DNA from: a virus
Lineage: Duplodnaviria > Caudoviricetes
Strand: one strand, 5' to 3'
Length of the DNA stretch: 64,000 bases
Virus record (IMG/VR): IMGVR_UViG_3300035675_000001
Shown here piece by piece: positions 19,425 through 26,638 of this stretch. The translations under genes were made by a program, and so were the position numbers. The notes beneath the pieces were generated by a model, which was not told the DNA's origin, ran no database searches, and saw only the letters and a list, made by a program, of their open reading frames with translations. Position 1 is the stretch's first letter. Each line of letters opens with the position of its first letter.

Positions 19425-19846
19425 AAGCCGTTCCCATTGACCTGCTCCAGCAGATCGCTGATCGCAAGCTGGAGGTCACCGGCAAGAACATCTGGAACGC
19501 GCTCCGCTACCGCGCCCATATCCAGTTGATCGGCCACGACGGCGACGTGCTCACTGGCGTCCCTGGCACGGACAAGGTTGCCTCCATCCGGTTAACCAAG
19601 CGCGGGGAGGAAGCCCTGGCCAGCGCCGGAGCCAAGGCCATGTTCAACAAGGACGACCTTCCGATGGACGTGCGCCTGTGGGTCAGCTCCTTCCGCCGCT
19701 GGTGCCGGAACTGCCCGAAGCACGTCCACCTGGCCTACTCTGACGGCCAGCTTCACGTCCTGGGCGAAGACAGCAGCGGCCAGGTCAAGGATGATGACGG
19801 GCATCGGCTTTCGTCGATGAAAGTGCCGTGGGTAGTTAAGGCGTGA
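19421..19846 (+). CDS. Hypothetical protein
   Basis: 141-aa ORF with coupled start and stop. Confidence 0.5.
   Translation: MKAVPIDLLQQIADRKLEVTGKNIWNALRYRAHIQLIGHDGDVLTGVPGTDKVASIRLTKRGEEALASAGAKAMFNKDDLPMDVRLWVSSFRRWCRNCPKHVHLAYSDGQLHVLGEDSSGQVKDDDGHRLSSMKVPWVVKA
19832..19838 (+). promoter_or_regulatory. GTAGTTA element
   Basis: GGGTAGTTAAGGC-GTG, 4-nt spacer. Confidence 0.6.
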
Positions 19847-20415
19847 ACGACGCCGTTCAGGACATCATAGACTTTCTCTTGGAAGACGATCCGGTTCGCC
19901 GCGAGCGAGCCGCCTACGTCGCCCGGCTGCGGAAGCGCCACGTCCCTTTCTCCAAGATCGGCAAGACGATGCACGTCAGCCGCCAGCGTGCCCACCAACT
20001 CTACCGGTCCTTTGCCGAAACCGAAGAAGACTTCGAGGCGAAGGACTTGGCCAGCCCCTCCAGCCCGGAGGAAGCCCAGCAGAAGATCGCGGAGTGGATG
20101 AACGCCCACCAGATGCGCGGGGAGTTCAAGCTTTGGCCCAAGGGCACCTATCGCGGTCCCTACCCGGAATACGCCCAAAACGCCGAGTTCTCCATGACCC
20201 TGAGCGGCCTCCTGGCCGACGAATGGGAGGAGAACTTCCGCATCCAGGACGAGTTCGATCTGGTCTGCAAAAGCCTGGGCTACCACTACGAGCACGGCAC
20301 CCGCAGCTCCCTCCACTTCTATCTCAACCCGCCGATGGAAGCCAGCGAACTAGGGGAACCTCCGCCTGAGCGCGAACCGCTGCCGCCGCCCAATCTCCGA
20401 GACATCGAATTTTAG
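19843..20415 (+). CDS. Tagged protein with sigma-70 region 4-like HTH
   Basis: IIDFLLEDD; VPFSKIGKTMHVSRQRAHQL; tag FAETEEDFEAKDL. Confidence 0.55.
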   Translation: MNDAVQDIIDFLLEDDPVRRERAAYVARLRKRHVPFSKIGKTMHVSRQRAHQLYRSFAETEEDFEAKDLASPSSPEEAQQKIAEWMNAHQMRGEFKLWPKGTYRGPYPEYAQNAEFSMTLSGLLADEWEENFRIQDEFDLVCKSLGYHYEHGTRSSLHFYLNPPMEASELGEPPPEREPLPPPNLRDIEF

Positions 20416-20483
20416 TTCTACCTGGTGCGAATTGGGGGCCTTCACTGATGGTCCTTGAATTTGTTTACAAAATTTAGCACCGT

Positions 20484-20804
20484 GTGGAATCAATGAATCG
20501 GCGCGGCTTTTTCAAAATCCTGGCGTCCGGTCTGGTCATAGCGACCGGCCCGACAATCTTCATTCCGAAGATCATCAAACCCGTCTGGAAGCCACTGGTG
20601 GTGCCCCGCGCCAGCATCGGCAACTTCGACCGCTGGATTTTTCCGATCATCGCCAACATGTCCGAGACGGACGTGATCGACCAGCTCGTTAAGGTTCAGC
20701 CAATGAGCCTGCCAACCGGCGCTACCTTCTACATGGACTTCAAGTATGGCCCGCCGCGACGGCGACCTTTCCTGGAACGGCTATTCCCCTGGCTTCCCGC
20801 ATGA
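20484..20804 (+). CDS. Small protein: twin-arginine-like signal fused to a T4 gp23-like capsid fragment
   Basis: MNRRGFFKILASG...; FPII....VIDQLVKVQPMSLPTGATFYMDFKYG. Confidence 0.55.
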   Translation: MESMNRRGFFKILASGLVIATGPTIFIPKIIKPVWKPLVVPRASIGNFDRWIFPIIANMSETDVIDQLVKVQPMSLPTGATFYMDFKYGPPRRRPFLERLFPWLPA

Positions 20805-21430
20805 TCCCGAAAATCATTCATCAGATTTGGTTTAACGTCCACGAGCTGCCGCCGCGCTACGTGGCCTACCAGGAGACTTGGAAAAAGCACCACCCCGGCT
20901 GGGAATACCGATTGTGGACGAAAGACAATCTGCCGGGCATGGCCAACCGGCACATCTTCGATCATTTGAACAACTATGGAGCCAGGGCCGACGTGCTGCG
21001 CTACGAACTGATCTACCAGTTTGGCGGCTGGTATTGCGACATGGACACCCAGTGCTTCCGCGCCATCGACCCCGTGCTCGAAGGCAAGCGAGTCGCGCTC
21101 TGCTACGAAAGCCCGCCGCCCCGCACGGACATGATCTGCAACTGCTACCTGGGAGCCGAACCGCGCCATCCGCTGTTCGAGGCTCTGCTGCGCGAGCTAC
21201 CTGACAGCGCCTTCAAGCAGGACTGGCCCGTAGTTGGAGCAACCGGACCTGGTTTCCTCACTCGTGTCGCCAAACAGGTCGGCGTCGAACCGGACTTGCC
21301 TTACTACCAGTTCGTGCCGTTCCTGTGGAACGAGCGAGAAAAAGCCAGCAATCTGCCGCCCGGCATCTACGCCGCGCACTACTGGGACATGGGCTGGCGC
21401 GACAAAGACTCAAACCCAACCGTCTCATGA
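20801..21430 (+). CDS. Glycosyltransferase family 32 (OCH1-like, DxD)
   Basis: IPKIIHQIW, ADVLRYELIYQFGGWYCDMD, ATGPGFLT, YAAHYW. Confidence 0.9.
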   Translation: MIPKIIHQIWFNVHELPPRYVAYQETWKKHHPGWEYRLWTKDNLPGMANRHIFDHLNNYGARADVLRYELIYQFGGWYCDMDTQCFRAIDPVLEGKRVALCYESPPPRTDMICNCYLGAEPRHPLFEALLRELPDSAFKQDWPVVGATGPGFLTRVAKQVGVEPDLPYYQFVPFLWNEREKASNLPPGIYAAHYWDMGWRDKDSNPTVS

Positions 21431-21717
21431 AAGAGCAAACCAGCCGAGGCACCACCAACCGTTTGATCTGCGCGGTCGCCTACTGGTTTTGGGAAAGCCA
21501 CGCGGCATGGCCGCACCGCATCATCCGGGTGTATGGGTTCAGCGAATACCAGACCAACCACGGCAGCCACGTTTGGGTGGAGCACTACAAGTTCTGGCAC
21601 ACGCTCTGGCGGGCCACAGGCATGATCTTCCCAGCCTGCAAAAAGGTGTGGGACAAAATCGAGCAGAAGGTCTGGCTTAGGAATGTGGACAAAGATGAGT
21701 TCCGAGGCGGTATGTGA
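21427..21717 (+). CDS. Hypothetical protein
   Basis: ATGA-coupled 96-aa ORF. Confidence 0.4.
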   Translation: MKEQTSRGTTNRLICAVAYWFWESHAAWPHRIIRVYGFSEYQTNHGSHVWVEHYKFWHTLWRATGMIFPACKKVWDKIEQKVWLRNVDKDEFRGGM

Positions 21718-21922
21718 TCTGAAAGAGCTGGCGCTCGACATGACCTGGCTGACCTGCGAACGATGCGAGGTCGTGGCCCCGGATGTCACTGTGCGTCCCT
21801 GCATGACCGCCTACGCTGACCCGAAAGAGAACGTCAGGCCGGTCCTCTGCGACCAGTGCGCGGGGGAGTATTTTGACTACTGGGATTCGCTCTGGAAAGA
21901 ATACAACTCGTCACGCGGATGA
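21683..21922 (+). CDS. Small Zn-binding protein
   Basis: CERC...LCDQC. Confidence 0.5.
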   Translation: MWTKMSSEAVCDLKELALDMTWLTCERCEVVAPDVTVRPCMTAYADPKENVRPVLCDQCAGEYFDYWDSLWKEYNSSRG

Positions 21923-22101
21923 AACCGTTAACGCTCAAAGAACCAGCCAAGTGCTGCGGGTCGCCAACCTTGCTCTGGATACCGGCCAAGGGCTTCTACA
22001 TGTGCCCCTGCGGCGAAACCAGGGCAGACCTCGACGGCCAGCTCATTGGCAAACGTAAACCTTTCGGATACGGTCGCAGAAAGAATGAACGACGGCCTTG
22101 A
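21919..22101 (+). CDS. Small Cys-rich protein
   Basis: KCCG...YMCPCG. Confidence 0.45.
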   Translation: MKPLTLKEPAKCCGSPTLLWIPAKGFYMCPCGETRADLDGQLIGKRKPFGYGRRKNERRP

Positions 22102-22321
22102 ACTGATGTCGGACGCCGACATGCCGGACGACCCGCCGATCCCCGGTGGTCACTCGCGGGCCTGGATAGAGCAGATGCTTGGCCTCACCCGCGCCCCGGA
22201 GCACATCGTCCTGGACTTCACCATTACCCCGGAAGGGGCGCAGATGGCCGAAGACGTTCAACGGCTTGCGGATACTGTGCGCCAGGGGGTCGGCATCCCG
22301 CGTGAGTTCTTCGGCCCGTAG
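22046..22321 (+). CDS. Hypothetical protein
   Basis: Acidic ORF of about 80-90 aa; start uncertain. Confidence 0.4.
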   Translation: MANVNLSDTVAERMNDGLELMSDADMPDDPPIPGGHSRAWIEQMLGLTRAPEHIVLDFTITPEGAQMAEDVQRLADTVRQGVGIPREFFGP

Positions 22322-22324
22322 TTA
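22318..22324 (+). promoter_or_regulatory. GTAGTTA element before the lipoprotein gene
   Basis: Abuts ATG 22325; second ATG at 22334. Confidence 0.5.
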
Positions 22325-22804
22325 ATGGCGGTCATGAAAAACTTCGTCGTTGTTCTCGTCGTCGCTGCACTGGCCGGATGTTCAACTCCGCCCGTGTCAA
22401 AACCCGCTACCACCACGGCGGTTGTGATGCCGCCATTGCCGCCCATGCCGCCCCTGCCTTCGGCAGCGCCAAAAGCTCGCATTGCCAGGATGGCCCTGGC
22501 AGCAGCGGGCGCACCGGCTGCCGCCCCACAGTCGTTTACATTTTCGGCCACGGACCCCTGTGCTCCCCGTGCCTGGGTGCAAGGGACCAACGTCCACCTG
22601 GAGTGGCCCTGCTTTACCAATGCGTGTTTCAGGATCGACAGCAGCACGAACCTGTTCACCTGGGAAACTATCGGGACCAGCATCAACTACGACACAGAGC
22701 CAGTGACGAATACCATTGTCGTCATTGACTTCACCGCTGGTCTCCGCTCGTGTCGATACTACCGCGTCGTGCCTGTGGACACCAACGGCGTCCGGTTACC
22801 CTGA
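22325..22804 (+). CDS. Lipoprotein with Pro/Ala linker and a Verrucomicrobia-type C-terminal 'STNL..W...YYRV' domain
   Basis: Lipobox LAGC; FRIDSSTNLFTWETI...CRYYRVV. Confidence 0.7.
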   Translation: MAVMKNFVVVLVVAALAGCSTPPVSKPATTTAVVMPPLPPMPPLPSAAPKARIARMALAAAGAPAAAPQSFTFSATDPCAPRAWVQGTNVHLEWPCFTNACFRIDSSTNLFTWETIGTSINYDTEPVTNTIVVIDFTAGLRSCRYYRVVPVDTNGVRLP

Positions 22805-23565
22805 TGTTGTCCACAGCCACAAAGAAGATGAAGAAAATCCTGGTCATGGGACTCTCCGGGAGCGGCAAAAGCACGCTCACCGGCGAGCTGGCTCCGCTCC
22901 TGGGAGCAGTCGTGTTCAACAACGATGAGGTCCGCAAAAACATCAATCGAGACCTTGGGTTCACGATGACCGACCGCATCACGCAGGCCGAGCGCATGGG
23001 CTGGCTCTGCGAACAGGTGGTCAAGGCCGGTCACTTCGCCATTGCCGATTTCATCTGCCCGACCGAGCAAACGCGGATCGCGTTCGGCCCATGCTTCACC
23101 ATTTTCATGGATACCGTGAAGCACAGCCGCTTCCCGGACACCGACAAAATCTTCGAGCGGCCACAGCAGCCCGACCTGGTGATCGACAACTTCCGGCAGC
23201 CACGGCTGCTCGCGCTCCAGATCAGGGACCGACTGGTAGGCACCACAGCCAAGAGCATGTTCATCGGTCGCTACCAGCCACTCCACGAAGGCCACATCAA
23301 GCTGATCCAAAAGGTGCTCGACGAAGGCCGCGAAGTTGTAGTTGCCCTGCGCGATACCACGCTCAACGAATCGAACCCATATACGCTGGCGGAGCGCCGG
23401 GAGATGTTCAGAAAAGCTTTCGGCAGCCGGGTGCAGGTCGTCTCGATTCCAGACATCACTGAGGTATGTTACGGTAGAGGCGTCGGCTGGGGCGTGCGCG
23501 AGATACGCCTGGATGCTGAGACCGAGGCCATCAGCGCCACAGCCATCCGATCCGCCTGTAGTTAG
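22804..23565 (+). CDS. Adenylylsulfate kinase-like domain fused to a HxGH nucleotidyltransferase
   Basis: MGLSGSGKST, NDEVRK..N.DLGFT..DR, DFICP; FIGRYQPLHEGH. Confidence 0.8.
   Translation: MLSTATKKMKKILVMGLSGSGKSTLTGELAPLLGAVVFNNDEVRKNINRDLGFTMTDRITQAERMGWLCEQVVKAGHFAIADFICPTEQTRIAFGPCFTIFMDTVKHSRFPDTDKIFERPQQPDLVIDNFRQPRLLALQIRDRLVGTTAKSMFIGRYQPLHEGHIKLIQKVLDEGREVVVALRDTTLNESNPYTLAERREMFRKAFGSRVQVVSIPDITEVCYGRGVGWGVREIRLDAETEAISATAIRSACS
23558..23564 (+). promoter_or_regulatory. GTAGTTA element
   Basis: 7 nt before GTG 23572. Confidence 0.5.
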
Positions 23566-23571
23566 CTTGGC

Positions 23572-23934
23572 GTGAATGAAATATCGACCATGCAGACACG
23601 CATCAAGACCCAAGTTGCCCGATGCGAAAGAAGACAACACGCGGCCAACGTGATGGTCTTGCTGTCTGTCGTTTTCGGATCAATCGCGCTACTCCTGGTG
23701 TTCCAGGACGAGCTTGTCTATCCACTTCTGATTGGAGGCTGGATCGTCCACTTAGTGGCCGCAGCCTACTGCCATAAGCTGTGGGTAGGCAGGAAGTTGT
23801 GCTGGATGGCCCTGGGCAAATGGTGCGCCATAATGGACGACATTACGGCTTCCATAGCCGGTCCAGGATCGCTTTTACCAGCACCGGAAGACAGATTAGC
23901 AGAAATGCGGCAACCACTGCCCATTTTGAGCTGA
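23572..23934 (+). CDS. Two-TM membrane protein
   Basis: Two hydrophobic helices; GTAGTTA upstream. Confidence 0.5.
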   Translation: MNEISTMQTRIKTQVARCERRQHAANVMVLLSVVFGSIALLLVFQDELVYPLLIGGWIVHLVAAAYCHKLWVGRKLCWMALGKWCAIMDDITASIAGPGSLLPAPEDRLAEMRQPLPILS

Positions 23935-24190
23935 CCATTGATTTCCAGTCCTGTAACTCTTGGACGCGCAGATCGGTCTCGATGGCGCTACGGTTGCCCT
24001 CAAGGACGGCCTTGATAAGCCATTCATTCTGAGCCTCCATCCGAGAAAGAGTCTCAACGAGATACTTCTCCTGCTCCGACAACTTGTTCACCAAGTGCGG
24101 AGGGATCGCGGACTTGAACTCAGGCTTTTCGAGTTCCTGGTATCTCGGAATGCGTTGATCGGCCATTCTGCGCTTAACTACGTGCGCCAT
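23843..24190 (-). CDS. Coiled-coil protein with C-terminal membrane anchor
   Basis: Heptad-like core followed by WAVVAAFLLICLPVLV. Confidence 0.55.
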   Translation of the reverse strand: MAHVVKRRMADQRIPRYQELEKPEFKSAIPPHLVNKLSEQEKYLVETLSRMEAQNEWLIKAVLEGNRSAIETDLRVQELQDWKSMVSSKWAVVAAFLLICLPVLVKAILDRLWKP

Positions 24191-24237
24191 CGTCCTTAGA
24201 CGCAGGAGGCAGCCCAAAAATAAATGCACTTCCACTC

Positions 24238-24266
24238 TTGACACCGGAATCGAAATCGTTTACACT
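24238..24266 (+). promoter_or_regulatory. Sigma-70-type promoter (TTGACA-N17-TACACT)
   Basis: Perfect -35, 17-nt spacer, TAnnnT -10 preceded by GTT; heads the run of small genes at 24324-26635. Confidence 0.8.
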
Positions 24267-24323
24267 TCTTTCCAGAATGAAAGACGGCCAGGCTCGTAGC
24301 CCGGCCAAAACGAACGGAACATT

Positions 24324-24776
24324 ATGATCGAGATTGGAAAGAGCAAGACCATCAAGGTCCGCACCAAGAAGCACGGCAAGCTCGTGTTCAAGACGGACGC
24401 GGACGGAAACCCGGAGACCAAGGTCGTTTGCGCCGAAGTCGTCCGATGCACACGCGGCGAACTCGACGGCCACTACGGCAGAGACCGTGGCCGCAAGCTG
24501 GTTGTCCGGCTCAAGGCCGGTGACGTAATCGAGATTTGGCCGATGGGCACCCGGCAGCGTTACACCGCCGAGATCAAGTCGGTGTTCTCCTGGATGCTCA
24601 GGAACGCCGCCAACAAGGCGCAACTGGAGAAGGCCCGCGAGCGCAAGGTCAAGGTCGAGCAACGCCGCTCCGTCCGCCGCCAGGAAGCCCGCGACCGCCG
24701 CTTCCGCGAAGGCTGCCGGGCGCAGACCCTCAAGTCCCTCGCCGGTCAGGAAATCAAAAGCCTTGGCCAAGCCTGA
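24324..24776 (+). CDS. Hypothetical protein with basic C-terminus
   Basis: 150-aa ORF after the promoter. Confidence 0.55.
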   Translation: MIEIGKSKTIKVRTKKHGKLVFKTDADGNPETKVVCAEVVRCTRGELDGHYGRDRGRKLVVRLKAGDVIEIWPMGTRQRYTAEIKSVFSWMLRNAANKAQLEKARERKVKVEQRRSVRRQEARDRRFREGCRAQTLKSLAGQEIKSLGQA

Positions 24777-25126
24777 TGAAACTGGCACCCGCAACCTACC
24801 TGGGGATGAGCGCGTCCGAGCGCGAGCAATGGCACCGCGACCATCCCCAGGGTTTGCCTAAACCCAAAACCGGACTCCCTATGAACGCTCCCACGCCTGC
24901 CCAACTGGTCTGCATGACCACCATCCAGGAAGCTCTGAACCACGTCGTGTGGCTCGACCCACACGTCACCTACGAAGCCCTGGGCGACCGCGTATTCTGC
25001 ACCGCCCACTGCCGCACACCCCAGGAACAGAAAGAAGTCCTCCTGGCTTTTTCCGCCATCCCCAACGTCGGGATGTCGAGCACCCAAAACCCGCCAACCG
25101 TAACCGTCGTCATCCAACAGTCATGA
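24776..25126 (+). CDS. Hypothetical protein
   Basis: TGATG coupling. Confidence 0.45.
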   Translation: MKLAPATYLGMSASEREQWHRDHPQGLPKPKTGLPMNAPTPAQLVCMTTIQEALNHVVWLDPHVTYEALGDRVFCTAHCRTPQEQKEVLLAFSAIPNVGMSSTQNPPTVTVVIQQS

Positions 25127-25473
25127 AACTCAAACAAATCCGCTGCGAGATCACCCTGGAGGAAGCCAGGAAGCACGAGCAGTATCGCAAGATTCCCGAC
25201 CACATCCTCCAAAGCATCTTCCTCTACGTTCACGAAGGCCGTCACCCCGGCCACTTCCTGAGCGCCGTGCTCTGCAACGATCTGTTCGAGGCCGTGGGCC
25301 GCGCCGACAAAGAGGCCCTGGTCTCGCTGCCGGAGCTGGTCATCTTCATCCACAACCGAGTGCCGACCTGCGCCTACAAAATTCACGGCGTCCCCGGACC
25401 CAAAGCGATGAACCGCTGGGTGAAGTGGCACCGGGATCAGGTCGAAGAAATCGACACCGACCAGGAGGAATAA
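25123..25473 (+). CDS. Conserved hypothetical phage protein
   Basis: YV.EGR.PGHFLSAVL.NDLFEAVGRAD..A...L..LV.FI.N..P..A pattern recalled from phage genomes. Confidence 0.6.
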   Translation: MKLKQIRCEITLEEARKHEQYRKIPDHILQSIFLYVHEGRHPGHFLSAVLCNDLFEAVGRADKEALVSLPELVIFIHNRVPTCAYKIHGVPGPKAMNRWVKWHRDQVEEIDTDQEE

Positions 25474-25474
25474 C

Positions 25475-25774
25475 ATGGCCAAAAAAGTCCGCATCACCCT
25501 GGAGCTGGAAAACGGCTTCATCAAACTGCTCAACGCGAAGTGCCAGCTCGACGGCGCAATCCATTCCGCCATGAAGGGCGACCCGTCGCGGCAGCTCGAT
25601 CCCGCCGAAGTGCTGGCCATGCTGGTCCTGGCCGAAGCACGCGGAGGAACCGAGGAGCAGATTCACGCCATGACGCCGCACGAGTGGCGATCCGAGATCA
25701 ACCTGATTCATGAGGAGCGCCGGGTTTATGAAGGCGGCAAACAGATCGCCGGTCCAAAATTTTCAGCCTCGTAG
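25475..25774 (+). CDS. Hypothetical protein
   Basis: 99-aa ORF preceded by AGGAGG. Confidence 0.5.
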   Translation: MAKKVRITLELENGFIKLLNAKCQLDGAIHSAMKGDPSRQLDPAEVLAMLVLAEARGGTEEQIHAMTPHEWRSEINLIHEERRVYEGGKQIAGPKFSAS

Positions 25775-25830
25775 GGAATTTCGTTTACATTTTCGAGGCA
25801 ACCCCGTAAAGTGGGTGAGCAGCGTTGGCT

Positions 25831-26067
25831 ATGTCACTCACTTTATCAAAACTATCGAAGCCGGACCTGAGCGTATCTTCCGCCCCCTACCGGGTTACGC
25901 TCAAGTCCGGCAAACAATTCTTCTACAGCACCCTGCGGGAAATAGTTCATGACTTCCCGGTCAGCAGGATTGAGCAAATCTACGACCGCCACAAGCGGCG
26001 GGTCGTGGACCTGCTCAAGATCGGGCGTCGAGAAAGAAAACGTAAACATGAGCAGAAAAACGATTGA
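25831..26067 (+). CDS. Small basic hypothetical protein
   Basis: 78-aa ORF. Confidence 0.4.
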   Translation: MSLTLSKLSKPDLSVSSAPYRVTLKSGKQFFYSTLREIVHDFPVSRIEQIYDRHKRRVVDLLKIGRRERKRKHEQKND

Positions 26068-26635
26068 GCACCCCAGTTTCGGACACGTAACCATTGGCAG
26101 GCAGTCCAGCAACCGCGACCGGCTTTTCGGAGCCGCTGGCTCCAACCACAACTGCATAAGCATCGAAATCAGCGACGCGACTGTGGACGTGGATGAGGCC
26201 GAAGGCAGCTACTTCATCAACGCCAGGAAGCGCATCCTGGAGATCGCCATGACCCCGCTCCAGTTCGCCGAGGCGATTGCTTCGCTGAACTGCTCGGAAG
26301 GGTCGCCTTGCACGATCACCTGGCGGGACGGCAAGTTTCTGTCCGCGCCCGACGAACCGCCGACCACGCGCCTGGAGCACGTCGAAAAGCAGTTCCAGCA
26401 CGAGATGATCGAGCTGGGCAAAGAGTGCGACGAGTTTCTGGCCACGGCCAGGGCGCTCCGGGAGAAAGCAAATGTAAACAAAGGTGACCGGGAACAGTTC
26501 GTCAAGCTGGCCGAGGGGCTGGTCAACAAGATCACCGCCACGACCCCCTACCTCATGAAGCGGTTCACCGAGTGCGTCGAAGACCTGATGTGCGAGATCA
26601 AGGTCGATTCCAGTGCCAAGCCTCCCGGTAGTTAA
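26048..26635 (+). CDS. Hypothetical protein
   Basis: HPSFGHV.I.R...LFG...H...I.I.I.A...I.E.AMT..QFAE.I.S.N..EG.PCTI pattern recalled from phage proteins. Confidence 0.55.
   Translation: MSRKTIEHPSFGHVTIGRQSSNRDRLFGAAGSNHNCISIEISDATVDVDEAEGSYFINARKRILEIAMTPLQFAEAIASLNCSEGSPCTITWRDGKFLSAPDEPPTTRLEHVEKQFQHEMIELGKECDEFLATARALREKANVNKGDREQFVKLAEGLVNKITATTPYLMKRFTECVEDLMCEIKVDSSAKPPGS
26628..26634 (+). promoter_or_regulatory. GTAGTTA element before tail fibre 1
   Basis: GGTAGTTAAGGC-GTG, 4-nt spacer. Confidence 0.6.
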
Positions 26636-26638
26636 GGC

